Origin: a virus
DNA: 64,000 bases
Direction: 5' to 3' (one strand)
IMG/VR virus record: IMGVR_UViG_3300045988_093487
The position numbers were made by a program, and so were the translations under genes. Position 1 is the first letter of the stretch; every line of letters starts with the position of its first letter. The notes beneath the pieces are model-generated. The model saw only the letters and a list, made by a program, of their open reading frames with translations, was not told where the DNA came from and searched no databases. Shown one piece after another: positions 36,148-45,936 of the stretch.

Positions 36148-36408
36148 ATGGCGGCAGAAGTAAATGTTGTTTTAGATTTAAGTGTAAAAGAAGTAAAGTT
36201 TGAAGATGTTGTTGTTGGCGGTGTTTTTGAAAAAGACGGTGCATATTATATGAGAATTAAGCCGCAATTTGGCGTTAATGCACTAAAAATTTATTCTCCG
36301 AAGTCCAAAACAGATGAAGCTACAGACAGCGATGTATTTACTACGGTTTTGTTCCCTTTTAAGAGCGAAGTTATTCCACATGATTCTACTTTAAATATTG
36401 AGGTATAA
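36148..36408 (+). CDS. hypothetical protein
   Basis: 86 aa ORF. Confidence 0.4.
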   Translation: MAAEVNVVLDLSVKEVKFEDVVVGGVFEKDGAYYMRIKPQFGVNALKIYSPKSKTDEATDSDVFTTVLFPFKSEVIPHDSTLNIEV

Positions 36409-36410
36409 TA

Positions 36411-36893
36411 ATGACTAAGAAAAATAGTAATCCTGTTGCAAATTTTAATATGCCTAGCAAGATGAGTTCCAGTGATATGTTTATGGCTATTTGCGATAAG
36501 AATATGGGAGTATCACAGACTGATGCTTGCTTTAAAAAGACTGGGAGATTTAAAACGAATTTTAATGGTGACTTACTGATTGATGGCGAAAAGAAGCATC
36601 TTGATGTGAACTTTGAAAGAAAAGTGAAAAATCCCACTACAACAGTTTCCATTACGAAGAACTCTGCCGAAATCGGCAATCCTTATTTGGCAGCTTTACA
36701 GGCAACTATATGGGTGGTCTGGGGAATTATTTGTAAATACACAGCCAATGGATATGATACCACTATTGGTGACGCAGACATTGAGTATACAAAACTTGAA
36801 AATGGCGAATACGACGTAAAGGCTATTGTTAATTGTGCTCTTGTAAAGGACGGTGTTAGAATCAATGAATGTGGAACTGATAAACGTAGATGA
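36411..36893 (+). CDS. hypothetical protein
   Basis: 160 aa ORF. Confidence 0.4.
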   Translation: MTKKNSNPVANFNMPSKMSSSDMFMAICDKNMGVSQTDACFKKTGRFKTNFNGDLLIDGEKKHLDVNFERKVKNPTTTVSITKNSAEIGNPYLAALQATIWVVWGIICKYTANGYDTTIGDADIEYTKLENGEYDVKAIVNCALVKDGVRINECGTDKRR

Positions 36894-37569
36894 GGCTAAA
36901 AATGTTTGGAAAACATGGTCTGAAGTTGCATCGGTCTGTTATGATTCCAAGGTAAAAAATCCAGAGGTTATAGGTAAGCATTGTTTTTTGTCTGGGCATT
37001 TTTCTGGGAGTCGTGGCGTGTACTTCATCTTTAAAATTACAGACTGTCCTCGTTTTGTGATTGACCAGCTAGTGAGGCATGAAACAGGCGTTTTCAAAAA
37101 TGTTCAGAGCTTTAGATATGTGAACAAGAATAATTTTGGTTATCAGATTCCGATTGAAATTAAGGATAATCCAGAATTACTCAATAAATATAATGAACAC
37201 ATGGCTAAAACTGTCGAACTTTATGATGAGATTGACGGGTATGTTAAATCTAAGGGTAGACCTAAAGAACGCGCAAACGAACAGGCGCGATACGTATTGC
37301 CAATGAGTACGTATTCCGCTGTTTGCATTGGATTTACACTTGAAGCACTCATTCATTATATGGGATTGCGACTTTGTACGAGAACCGAAGAGGTTCATCG
37401 AGAATTAGCATCTAAGATGCGTTACGCTGTATGCGATGCAATCCCAGATATTGGCGGCTATCTCGTTCCTCAGTGCGATAGACTGTTGTACTGCCCGGAA
37501 TCCAAATGTTGTGGTAGGCATCCAAAGAAAAGCGATGTAGAAAAAATGCTTTACTCTACTGAAGTGTAA
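36853..37569 (+). CDS. thyX: flavin-dependent thymidylate synthase (ThyX family)
   Basis: RHETGVFKNVQSFRY matches the ThyX signature RHRxxxxxxxSxR; EALIHYMGLRLC helix. Confidence 0.65.
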   Translation: MLESMNVELINVDEAKNVWKTWSEVASVCYDSKVKNPEVIGKHCFLSGHFSGSRGVYFIFKITDCPRFVIDQLVRHETGVFKNVQSFRYVNKNNFGYQIPIEIKDNPELLNKYNEHMAKTVELYDEIDGYVKSKGRPKERANEQARYVLPMSTYSAVCIGFTLEALIHYMGLRLCTRTEEVHRELASKMRYAVCDAIPDIGGYLVPQCDRLLYCPESKCCGRHPKKSDVEKMLYSTEV

Positions 37570-37595
37570 TATTGAAAATTTTACCCGGAAAGCCC

Positions 37596-37624
37596 TTGAC
37601 TTTTCCGGGTATTTTTGCTATAAT
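37596..37624 (+). promoter_or_regulatory. conserved phage promoter with -35 in a hairpin loop
   Basis: tacccggaaagccCTTGACttttccgggta is a 10-bp stem with the -35 in its loop; 17 bp spacer; TATAAT atAG. Confidence 0.55.
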
Positions 37625-37652
37625 ATAGTTACGGAATGGAGGTTAGATTGAT

Positions 37653-37925
37653 ATGTTCGGGTTAGTGCCGTTATTACTTATACTATATATTGGAGTCGGT
37701 TCAATATACTTTCTCGAATGCTTTCCAGATATTTATACTGAATACGGACTATGGCAATATGATGGGGTAAAAGAGCTTGCTGTCGTTTCTTTTTTTGTTA
37801 TCTTTTGGTTGCCGTACCTTGTATTGTTTAAAATAATAATTGGCTGGACTATTGACGCGATATGTAATATTATATTGAGTAATCAGGTTGATAATGATGG
37901 ATTTGAAAAAGAAGATTTTGAATAA
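37653..37925 (+). CDS. hypothetical membrane protein
   Basis: two predicted TM helices. Confidence 0.4.
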   Translation: MFGLVPLLLILYIGVGSIYFLECFPDIYTEYGLWQYDGVKELAVVSFFVIFWLPYLVLFKIIIGWTIDAICNIILSNQVDNDGFEKEDFE

Positions 37926-37934
37926 AGAGGAAGG

Positions 37935-38420
37935 TTGACTATAAATATGCAGAATGTTATTAACCGTTTCGATGGCGAGTATTTCTTTTTGAGCAACTTC
38001 TATCAGTGTCCGGTAACTTATGATGGAATTGCTTATGGCAGTTCTGAGGCGGCTTTTCAGGCGCAGAAAACTTTGGATATTGAAAAGCGTAAGTATTTTG
38101 CGACACTTGACCCGTCTAAATCTAAACGTGAGGGTCGTCGCCTTGTTGATTTACGTTCAGACTGGGATGATGTAAAAGACAAAGTGATGTACGAGATTGT
38201 TATGGCGAAGTTCATCCAGAATCCCAAGCTGGCCGATAAACTGTTAGCAACTAAGGGAATGACTTTAGTTGAGGGCAACAGTTGGAATGACCGTTATTGG
38301 GGTATGGATTACGAATGTACTGTTGGTCGTAATCAGCTTGGCAAAACTCTTATGCTTGTTCGTGAGAATATTTATATGATTCGTATGATGCACGATAGCG
38401 AGAACGAATCTATTTCGTGA
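37935..38420 (+). CDS. NADAR-domain protein (YbiA-like)
   Basis: EYFFLSNFY...SSEAAFQAQK...WDDVKDKVMYEIVMAKFIQNPKL...LVEGNSWNDRYWG. Confidence 0.7.
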   Translation: MTINMQNVINRFDGEYFFLSNFYQCPVTYDGIAYGSSEAAFQAQKTLDIEKRKYFATLDPSKSKREGRRLVDLRSDWDDVKDKVMYEIVMAKFIQNPKLADKLLATKGMTLVEGNSWNDRYWGMDYECTVGRNQLGKTLMLVRENIYMIRMMHDSENESIS

Positions 38421-38430
38421 GGAGGAAAAT

Positions 38431-38970
38431 ATGAGTTATCCCGATTTCAAGGTAATGAGCCGTTATGTGCTAGAAGATTACCTTATGAACCCGGACAATG
38501 TTGAAACCCTCGTAGTCTCTATTACTGATATTGGCGCACCTCTTGCTGGTGATGATTGTGAAAAAGACAACATCCACTTTCTTAGACTACAGTTCAACGA
38601 TTGCGAAGTTAGTACGAAGTGGGAAACCGCAATGTCTGACGAACAGGGCGAAGAAGTAGCGAAGTTTATCAAGAAATGGATGATGAAGGTATACGTTGAA
38701 AAAATCATCGTTCAGTGTGAGGCTGGTTGTAGTCGTTCTGCCGGTGTATGTGCGGCAATCATGAAGTATATCACTGGTGACGATATGTCTATTTTTCGTA
38801 GTCCTAAGTATAGTCCGAATATGAACTGCTATCGTATGGTCTATAATGCTCTTTTTAATTCAACCCCTGACGAAGCTGAGTTAAAGAAGAAGGCTAAAAT
38901 TAGTGACGCAATGTATTTTGCGGATGGCTCTGAGTGGGATTATTTTGGTGGAAAGGTTATAAGGGAATGA
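38431..38970 (+). CDS. Cys-based protein phosphatase (CX5R, dual-specificity/tyrosine phosphatase-like)
   Basis: VQCEAGCSRSAG active-site loop. Confidence 0.55.
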   Translation: MSYPDFKVMSRYVLEDYLMNPDNVETLVVSITDIGAPLAGDDCEKDNIHFLRLQFNDCEVSTKWETAMSDEQGEEVAKFIKKWMMKVYVEKIIVQCEAGCSRSAGVCAAIMKYITGDDMSIFRSPKYSPNMNCYRMVYNALFNSTPDEAELKKKAKISDAMYFADGSEWDYFGGKVIRE

Positions 38971-39611
38971 TTAGTTATTGCTTCTTTTGGATTTACTCGA
39001 TTTTTGGCTTTCTTCCGGCTGTTGTTGCACTTTTCATGTGTAATTTTTCAAAGTCGTATGTAGTCGTAGTTATCGTCTGGTTTATTTTATTACTGATTAG
39101 AGTATCGCCTACCGGGTCACAGGTTCCTCAGTATAGAGCCTTTTGTAAATATAGATTGCATTGCCCGGATGAGCTTCTTCCTAAGATGAAGTATACACAA
39201 ATTAAACAGTTGTTATCCGTTAAAGAACTTTGTGCAGATTTTGACTATGTTAGCTGTGATTACTGTGCAGATAAATTTGTATACGATGATTATTATGACT
39301 GGTCTTGTAAAGATATGAGACATAATTTTGTAATTTGTCATATTGCTAGTAAAAACAATAACTATGTCGTTTTAAATCCAGCAACATATTTTGATTACTT
39401 CGCAATGTGTTTGGCTATCAGTAAGGGTTTGAAAAGTCTGTGTGCGACAGAAACGGTTGATGCACAGTTAAAAAATCTAAAAGACATTAGAGAAGTTGTC
39501 CGTGAGGTGCAAGATAGAGAAGTAGCAAAGATGCGAGACGTTGCGTCAGAAAATAGAGAAATTGAAAATCGTATTCTAAACGATAGAAGGGTTAAGATAA
39601 AACAAAAATGA
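38934..39611 (+). CDS. hypothetical membrane/coiled-coil protein
   Basis: N-terminal TM segments and a C-terminal charged coiled coil. Confidence 0.4.
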   Translation: MGLFWWKGYKGMISYCFFWIYSIFGFLPAVVALFMCNFSKSYVVVVIVWFILLLIRVSPTGSQVPQYRAFCKYRLHCPDELLPKMKYTQIKQLLSVKELCADFDYVSCDYCADKFVYDDYYDWSCKDMRHNFVICHIASKNNNYVVLNPATYFDYFAMCLAISKGLKSLCATETVDAQLKNLKDIREVVREVQDREVAKMRDVASENREIENRILNDRRVKIKQK

Positions 39612-40099
39612 ATTGCAATACTGCTGTCATAAAGGTAAACGAGCTTTTGGAGAAGTTTATTGGTGGGGAGATTTTCTTTGACCAGCTTGACGACTCGGTT
39701 AGAACGAGTAAAGAAATCCTTGAAGCAATCTATAATGATGTTAAGGCGAGGTATCCTCACAATAAATATAAGTATGTTGTAACTGGTAAAACCGGCATTG
39801 CATATTTCAATTATGGTTTTACTACAGACCTGATTGTTCCGGGTGGCTTACGTAAATCTAATACGAGGTTAGACCTTTCTGAATATGTAAAAGCTGGCGA
39901 AAATTACGTTCTTATTGATGATTCCTATTTTATGGGGCGCACAGAGGCCGTTATTCGGAAAGCGCTCAATGAGTGTGGTGCTAGTTTAGCTGGAACGCTT
40001 GTCTTCTATGACGGTTGTATTGAGAAGCGTCCTTGGGTGACTTCTATGTATCGTTACTACGATAACTACGATGTTTTAGGTAATAGATTGGAGAAATAG
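39608..40099 (+). CDS. phosphoribosyltransferase-like (type I PRT fold) protein
   Basis: YVLIDDSYFMGRTEAV resembles the PRPP-binding loop; ends in TAG with TGA two codons later. Confidence 0.45.
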   Translation: MNCNTAVIKVNELLEKFIGGEIFFDQLDDSVRTSKEILEAIYNDVKARYPHNKYKYVVTGKTGIAYFNYGFTTDLIVPGGLRKSNTRLDLSEYVKAGENYVLIDDSYFMGRTEAVIRKALNECGASLAGTLVFYDGCIEKRPWVTSMYRYYDNYDVLGNRLEK

Positions 40100-40101
40100 T
40101 T

Positions 40102-40365
40102 ATGAAGATTAAGATTGATTTTATCGTTGAAAACAGTATGGATGCCGCGCAGATTGACGAAAATTTACGTAACGCAATCGCTGCTGGTGTTCCTGAGACT
40201 ACGGTTGCTGGGCAGATTCGTGACGAGTTTAAGCGGATGTTTTCTAGCATGATGATGGGAAATGACATTAACGGTAAGCCTGTTACTGCCGATGTTGTAG
40301 GCGTAGAAGTGTTTGCAAACTCCGATGATACTTCCGTATTTTCTGAATGGCACAAGGAGGACTAA
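40102..40365 (+). CDS. hypothetical protein
   Basis: 87 aa ORF. Confidence 0.4.
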   Translation: MKIKIDFIVENSMDAAQIDENLRNAIAAGVPETTVAGQIRDEFKRMFSSMMMGNDINGKPVTADVVGVEVFANSDDTSVFSEWHKED

Positions 40366-40554
40366 ATGGGCGAGTGGTATATTGTTCGTGGGAATATGGA
40401 CGATGGGTGTAAGAAGTATTCCACAAGAGTTATCGTTTGTGCTGATACTGTAAAAGAAGCACAAATGAAGGCAAAGAATCATTTGGAAACTGATGCTGAT
40501 TGCTTATTCGTGCCTGCCGATGTAAGCCGCCTTGATGAGAATAAGGTATACTGA
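40366..40554 (+). CDS. hypothetical protein
   Basis: 62 aa ORF with RBS aaggagga. Confidence 0.4.
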   Translation: MGEWYIVRGNMDDGCKKYSTRVIVCADTVKEAQMKAKNHLETDADCLFVPADVSRLDENKVY

Positions 40555-40556
40555 TT

Positions 40557-40919
40557 ATGGAAAATTTTGATATTAGCAAAATCACTATGAGTAAGGTGTA
40601 TCTTGATGAATATAAGGTAAGTCCATATTCAGAAGAACTTACTTATACGCTCGTCAATGGTGATGGTGATGATAGGGGCGGCAGTAGAGTATTGCGCTTT
40701 ACCGATAATGGCACGTGGTCATTATGTGATAAGGACGCGGCTATCGTCCGTAACCATGTCTTTTTAGAGTCTTGGAATGGTGATAGGATTCTTAACGCCA
40801 TTTTTTACGATGAGCATATCGCCGCAGTAAAGATTCATGATGATTGGATTCCTCTTAGTGACTGGGGCAATTCGTGCATCTGCTTTAGAATGGGCGTGGA
40901 GTGCGCTGGAAACAACTAA
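40557..40919 (+). CDS. hypothetical protein
   Basis: 120 aa ORF. Confidence 0.4.
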   Translation: MENFDISKITMSKVYLDEYKVSPYSEELTYTLVNGDGDDRGGSRVLRFTDNGTWSLCDKDAAIVRNHVFLESWNGDRILNAIFYDEHIAAVKIHDDWIPLSDWGNSCICFRMGVECAGNN

Positions 40920-40927
40920 TAGTTGTA

Positions 40928-40960
40928 AGACTGGAGATTTCTTCCAGTCTTTTTCTTTAG
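40928..40960 (+). terminator. rho-independent terminator
   Basis: agactggagatttcttccagtct hairpin plus ttttcttt. Confidence 0.65.
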
Positions 40961-40967
40961 ATTCCCC

Positions 40968-40996
40968 TTGACTTTTCTTACTTTGTGTGGTATAAT
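40968..40996 (+). promoter_or_regulatory. conserved phage promoter
   Basis: attccccTTGACT, 17 bp spacer, TATAAT attGG. Confidence 0.6.
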
Positions 40997-41021
40997 ATTG
41001 GTATAAGAAAGATAGATAGTA

Positions 41022-42011
41022 ATGGAGGATATTATGGACTGGATAACGATGATTGTATGTATCATTGGGATTGTTTTCGTTGTTGGAATGCTTGTTGCAA
41101 TTATCACCGATTCTGTAAAATCATCTTGGTACGATGATGCAAGAGACTCGGATTATGCACCCGAAAAGAAAAGGCCAATCAATCATATAGATAAAGAATT
41201 GGACGACAAACGTGTTGATTATCTTCTTTGCATGAGAGACATAGGCATCATCAGTAGTGACAATGTTTCCAATTCTATGCATAAAATTGACGAGTATCTT
41301 ACTTCGTATAAACTTGAGCAATTTAACCGTTTCTATACTGTTTATTGCAGGGAACTTAGTGATATACTAAAAAAGATTAAAGATTGTAAATGTTCCTCTT
41401 TATATTATAGCCTTGTGACAGAAACTAGAACAACATACGGCAGTATCTTCTCTAAAATGCTTGCAGATGTAGAAGCGTTTATTAAAAATAATTCAGCTTC
41501 TGTCGCAGATATTGAAGGCATCAAGAATTTTGCTAAAATCAATGGTGACTTTGATGAGAACTATAAAGCAGAAGCAGTCAGCAAGCCGATTGATGATGCA
41601 GACGTGGTTCTCACCCCTACTACTTCAGCAGTAGAAAATACACAGCTTACAAAAGAACTGGAAAAGTGCAGAGCAGAAGCCAAAAAGCATTGTGAAAAAA
41701 GATATAATGTTGATGTCGCACAAGCAAAGCTGAAAAGCGATTTGGAACAACTTAACGAAGCGATTTACTATCAAGAACTTGCTGGTCGTAACGGTGCTAC
41801 GAACGATGATACCTTGAAGTTGATGCGTGAGACTCGTCACGAGATTATTAAATATGTCGCCGACTGGGGGATTGAACACTATAATGACCACGACCTTTAT
41901 TGTTGGGGAATCCCAATCGACGACTACCTCAAAAATTGGAAAGCTGAACTTGACTATGCGCACAACATGTACTCTGATGAATCGGATGGAATAGTGTATG
42001 AAAGTTTATAA
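41022..42011 (+). CDS. hypothetical membrane-anchored protein
   Basis: N-terminal TM helix and a long helical region. Confidence 0.45.
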   Translation: MEDIMDWITMIVCIIGIVFVVGMLVAIITDSVKSSWYDDARDSDYAPEKKRPINHIDKELDDKRVDYLLCMRDIGIISSDNVSNSMHKIDEYLTSYKLEQFNRFYTVYCRELSDILKKIKDCKCSSLYYSLVTETRTTYGSIFSKMLADVEAFIKNNSASVADIEGIKNFAKINGDFDENYKAEAVSKPIDDADVVLTPTTSAVENTQLTKELEKCRAEAKKHCEKRYNVDVAQAKLKSDLEQLNEAIYYQELAGRNGATNDDTLKLMRETRHEIIKYVADWGIEHYNDHDLYCWGIPIDDYLKNWKAELDYAHNMYSDESDGIVYESL

Positions 42012-42210
42012 AGTTATTGACAAATTACAGAAACTTGCAAAAGATAATCCTGAGCAGGAAATCACAATCGAGACTGGCAAACATCGCTCGTATAAATGTC
42101 CACACTGTGGAAAAGAAGCTGCTTGGGTACAAGAGCTTGCAACGTGTAAGCTCAGTGACGCTATCATTTACGAAGGTTTTGACGGAACAATCGTGATTGA
42201 TACAGAGTGA
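41998..42210 (+). CDS. hypothetical Cys-containing small protein
   Basis: 70 aa ORF with CPHC motif. Confidence 0.35.
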   Translation: MKVYKVIDKLQKLAKDNPEQEITIETGKHRSYKCPHCGKEAAWVQELATCKLSDAIIYEGFDGTIVIDTE

Positions 42211-42219
42211 GGTGGTTTT

Positions 42220-42402
42220 ATGGATTTCTCTGATATTTTCTTTATGGTAGCTATCTTTAGCGTTATAGCGATTGTAGCATTGCTTGAGCTTTATGGTTTG
42301 GTAATGTGGGCGATTCCCCGTGGTTTATTTACCACTGCTTTATACACACTTGGATGTTTAGCGGCAGATTCTTTTGTCGCCGGATTTATAACAATAGCAT
42401 AA
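42220..42402 (+). CDS. hypothetical small membrane protein
   Basis: 60 aa ORF with two TM helices. Confidence 0.35.
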   Translation: MDFSDIFFMVAIFSVIAIVALLELYGLVMWAIPRGLFTTALYTLGCLAADSFVAGFITIA

Positions 42403-42413
42403 TAGGAGGTAAG

Positions 42414-42794
42414 ATGATTAAAAAGCGTATCACATTGTCAGATTGGACATATATTGGTAAGTATAACAACTGTGTAGAATGGGGGCGAAAGCTCTGCGAC
42501 TACTATCTTATCTTAGATGAGGATAAGGCATTATATAGAAAACAGGAAATTAAAACTTGGTTTTATGCGATTATATTCATTCCAGTTTGTTTAATCAATT
42601 TTGTTCTCTGTATTATAGATGGCGGCTTAGTTGAGTTTGAACTTCCTTATAAAACTACTGATAAGACGTATCTGGGTATGCAGAAAGATAAAAATACGAT
42701 AAGTTGTCCTACTCATGGCATATCTTATGAAAGGGCTAAAGAGATTTGGAATAAGTATGACAAGGGGGCAAGATGGAGATTTATAGAGAAGTAA
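42414..42794 (+). CDS. hypothetical membrane protein
   Basis: ATG after RBS aataggaggtaag; the ORF-track start at 42306 is unlikely. Confidence 0.4.
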   Translation: MIKKRITLSDWTYIGKYNNCVEWGRKLCDYYLILDEDKALYRKQEIKTWFYAIIFIPVCLINFVLCIIDGGLVEFELPYKTTDKTYLGMQKDKNTISCPTHGISYERAKEIWNKYDKGARWRFIEK

Positions 42795-42848
42795 TTGGTG
42801 TTGTTATTAGCATTTTTATTCTTGGCGGACTTTTAGGAATCGGCTATA

Positions 42849-43121
42849 TTGGTTTTCATATTGTCGTTGATATTTTTGAATGGGTATGGCCGTTTTAAGG
42901 TAATAATGTATATGGAAACATACGAAAAGATGAAACAGCTTCTTCGGCAGAGAATGGAAGAAATGCTTTTAAACGGCGTTTCTCCATTTGATATCGTAGA
43001 TGCACTACTCGGCGATATGACTATGGATGTTTGTCATAACCTGTATTCAGCAAAAGATATGAAAGAAATTTCACATCCATACAAACGAGATTATGGTCAC
43101 TATTTTTTAGATAAAATCTGA
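42849..43121 (+). CDS. hypothetical protein
   Basis: 90 aa ORF. Confidence 0.3.
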   Translation: MVFILSLIFLNGYGRFKVIMYMETYEKMKQLLRQRMEEMLLNGVSPFDIVDALLGDMTMDVCHNLYSAKDMKEISHPYKRDYGHYFLDKI

Positions 43122-43172
43122 CTTTTGTGTAAGTAAAAATAACGTAGGTACGTTAAAAATTTAGGATAAATT

Positions 43173-43358
43173 ATGGAATATCGTGAAAAATCTAAGATTG
43201 TTGGTATATACAGAGGAAAATTTGTGTGTCCGGGCTGTGAGAGTGGTGGAATGCTATTTAGCAAGGATGGTATACCAAATAACTTCTGTGGGAGATGTGG
43301 ACAGAAACTGGATTGGTTCAACAAAGATAACAAGCCTATTTATAAGTTGAAGCTGTAA
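43173..43358 (+). CDS. hypothetical zinc-ribbon protein
   Basis: CPGC...CGRC. Confidence 0.4.
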   Translation: MEYREKSKIVGIYRGKFVCPGCESGGMLFSKDGIPNNFCGRCGQKLDWFNKDNKPIYKLKL

Positions 43359-43374
43359 AGGTGGGAAAATTGTT

Positions 43375-43824
43375 ATGGGATGCTTTTCTTGGATGAGAGC
43401 GGATAAAACTACGAAACGAAGTAATATTGTGGATGGTGATAGTTACAAAATCCTTATTCCTAAAGAGTTCGGTGGTGGATTTATTAAAGACCACTATCAG
43501 GGGTATGGTGAGGTTCTTTGGGACACCAAAGATAACATGGCTGACCTCTACGGTATTCTTGCATATTGGAATAAATGTGATGGTATGATTTACGATGGTG
43601 ACGAATATCCGTCTACTATGAAGAATATTCTTATTAAGGGTAAGACCAGCAATAGCAATAATCGTTGGCGTGGTATTAACATCGGTTGTCTTAACGGCGA
43701 TATTGATAGACTCAAATATCCATTGAAGCTCGTTTCTGCATCGTACAAAGGGACTTACGAGGATTGCGAAGGGCGAAGCTATAGTGACCCAAATCAGGGA
43801 TTCTTCAAGACTTACTGGGAATAA
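43375..43824 (+). CDS. hypothetical protein
   Basis: 149 aa ORF. Confidence 0.4.
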   Translation: MGCFSWMRADKTTKRSNIVDGDSYKILIPKEFGGGFIKDHYQGYGEVLWDTKDNMADLYGILAYWNKCDGMIYDGDEYPSTMKNILIKGKTSNSNNRWRGINIGCLNGDIDRLKYPLKLVSASYKGTYEDCEGRSYSDPNQGFFKTYWE

Positions 43825-43836
43825 CGGAGATAATAT

Positions 43837-44022
43837 ATGAGAATTTTAGTAAATGGTGACAACAGAAATCGCATTACATTTGCCTGCCGTGGTTGTGGAT
43901 GTATTTATCAAATGAACCTTGATGAAGTTACAGTACAAATTTGTTATAGCCCTTATCCTGATGTATATAAGAGCAACTGTCCAGAATGTGGTTATGACAA
44001 TGTGGTAAGGCGTGGTGTATGA
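43837..44022 (+). CDS. hypothetical zinc-ribbon protein
   Basis: CRGCGC...CPECG. Confidence 0.4.
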   Translation: MRILVNGDNRNRITFACRGCGCIYQMNLDEVTVQICYSPYPDVYKSNCPECGYDNVVRRGV

Positions 44023-44084
44023 GAGCAAGAGAAAATGATTTACCGACCCAGATAGCTAGGATGTTAAAATGTCATGTATGAGGT

Positions 44085-45272
44085 ATGTGTAAAGTGGGAT
44101 ATACTGCAATTATTGTAGCCGGAGATTTTGGCAATGATGGCAAAAAGTCTGGTTTGGCAAACAAGTGTTATGATATCTTAAAAAATGATAGTCGTATAGA
44201 AAGTGTGCTGTTATTCAATGGTGGCGATTATGATGAGATTCAAAATATTTTGAATTTAATCAACAAAAAGCATTATGATTTTGTTTTTTGGTGGCCCAAT
44301 ATTGATAACAGCTTCGTAAAAAATAGGAACGTAAAAGATTACGACCCGTTTACAATGCTTGTCACATCTAAGAGAGATGATGCTGACAAATATTCATTCC
44401 AAGAACTTCTGCAAAGAACTATTTCTGTAAAGGCAAACCTGTCATTTAAGTTTAAGAGAACAGATAGTGGGCTTTTCAATATTATGATATTCGACACACT
44501 TGGTTCTGTGTGGTATGACGGAACGGATATTGAACTTGCCATGCAAATCTGTATGGATAGGTTAATTTTTCTTAAATCTATGACACGACAAAATACAACG
44601 CAATCTATCACAGATAAGGGTCTTATTTTGTCGTGGTATTTTGACCAGTTTAAACAAAATGAGTATAAATCGGATAGAGTTATTGATATTCCAGATGAGA
44701 ACGATTTTGTTGATACAGTAAAAAGATATGCTACAAAATTCCAAGAGTTTATGCCGACAGATTGCGTAACAACACGTTTTGTCGGTAACGCTAGTTTACG
44801 AAAGTTGCCGCCGCAAGTTGGACGATGCGGAAAGGGTATGCCGAGTTTTAGAAAAAATGGGTATATTTTCGTATCTAAGCGTAATATTGATAAACGATTT
44901 ATCACACTTGAAAATTTCGTTCCGGTATATATGGATAACGATAAACTTATGTATTGTGGTACAGAGAAGCCGTCTGTTGACACACCTGTGCAGATGTTGC
45001 TCTATAATAAGTATATCAATATAAACTACATTCTTCATAGTCATTGTTACATTAAAAATGCGCCGTTTACAAAATCTGCGATTCCGTGTGGCGCTATAGA
45101 AGAGGCCAGAGAAATTGAAAGTGTGTTGACTGATACAACAAAGACGTTTTATGCAGTCAATCTTATCGGACACGGCTCTATCGTGATGTGGAATAATATG
45201 GCAGATTTCCATTCCGTCTACGAAAAAGGTTTGATATACTATAAACGTACATTACCAGAGATTATGTTTTAA
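44085..45272 (+). CDS. hypothetical protein (395 aa)
   Basis: long ORF with no motif I can name. Confidence 0.45.
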   Translation: MCKVGYTAIIVAGDFGNDGKKSGLANKCYDILKNDSRIESVLLFNGGDYDEIQNILNLINKKHYDFVFWWPNIDNSFVKNRNVKDYDPFTMLVTSKRDDADKYSFQELLQRTISVKANLSFKFKRTDSGLFNIMIFDTLGSVWYDGTDIELAMQICMDRLIFLKSMTRQNTTQSITDKGLILSWYFDQFKQNEYKSDRVIDIPDENDFVDTVKRYATKFQEFMPTDCVTTRFVGNASLRKLPPQVGRCGKGMPSFRKNGYIFVSKRNIDKRFITLENFVPVYMDNDKLMYCGTEKPSVDTPVQMLLYNKYININYILHSHCYIKNAPFTKSAIPCGAIEEAREIESVLTDTTKTFYAVNLIGHGSIVMWNNMADFHSVYEKGLIYYKRTLPEIMF

Positions 45273-45289
45273 GGAGTGTTATATAGAGC

Positions 45290-45613
45290 ATGAGAAAGAA
45301 TCCAGATAGCCTCCTCTATTATGTTTGTAAAACAAAACAGTCAACACAAAATAGAAGTTATGCAATTCACTTGTTAAAACTTGGTTATGGAATTACTGTC
45401 TATCGTGGAAGTATTCGTGGTGACAGTCGCATTGAATATTGGATGAGATATTTACCAAAGAAAACTAGGCTACACTATTGTATTCAATACGAGGCAATGG
45501 ACGTAAACACGATTATCGGTGAAATTTGGGACAAACATCGTAATTGTTCTGTTTACTGTCGTATGCCAACCACAAAAGAAGTGAAATATCTAAAGAATTA
45601 TAGAGTGGAGTAA
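45290..45613 (+). CDS. hypothetical protein
   Basis: 107 aa ORF. Confidence 0.4.
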   Translation: MRKNPDSLLYYVCKTKQSTQNRSYAIHLLKLGYGITVYRGSIRGDSRIEYWMRYLPKKTRLHYCIQYEAMDVNTIIGEIWDKHRNCSVYCRMPTTKEVKYLKNYRVE

Positions 45614-45615
45614 TT

Positions 45616-45936
45616 ATGCAATATTATATTAGTACAGTTCCTCTTAACACGGATGTTTGGTGTGTCGGATTCAAATTTGGCAGAAACAAAATCACAGTAA
45701 ACAGGCCACCTGTTCTTGGTAAAGTAAATAATCGCAATTGGAACGCTTGCTTTGTTCCGAATGGTAAAAAGGAGCGTTTTTCTGCTAGTAATTATCTGTA
45801 TTATGATAATTACGATGAGGCTGTGACAAAGTACAACTGGCTTATTAACGAATATGTACGGAGGTTTAGTGGATTTATCGAAGATGTAAGTGCGCACTTT
45901 ATTAAAAATGAAGAGGGTGAGGTGATTTTTGAATGA
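45616..45936 (+). CDS. hypothetical protein
   Basis: 106 aa ORF. Confidence 0.4.
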   Translation: MQYYISTVPLNTDVWCVGFKFGRNKITVNRPPVLGKVNNRNWNACFVPNGKKERFSASNYLYYDNYDEAVTKYNWLINEYVRRFSGFIEDVSAHFIKNEEGEVIFE

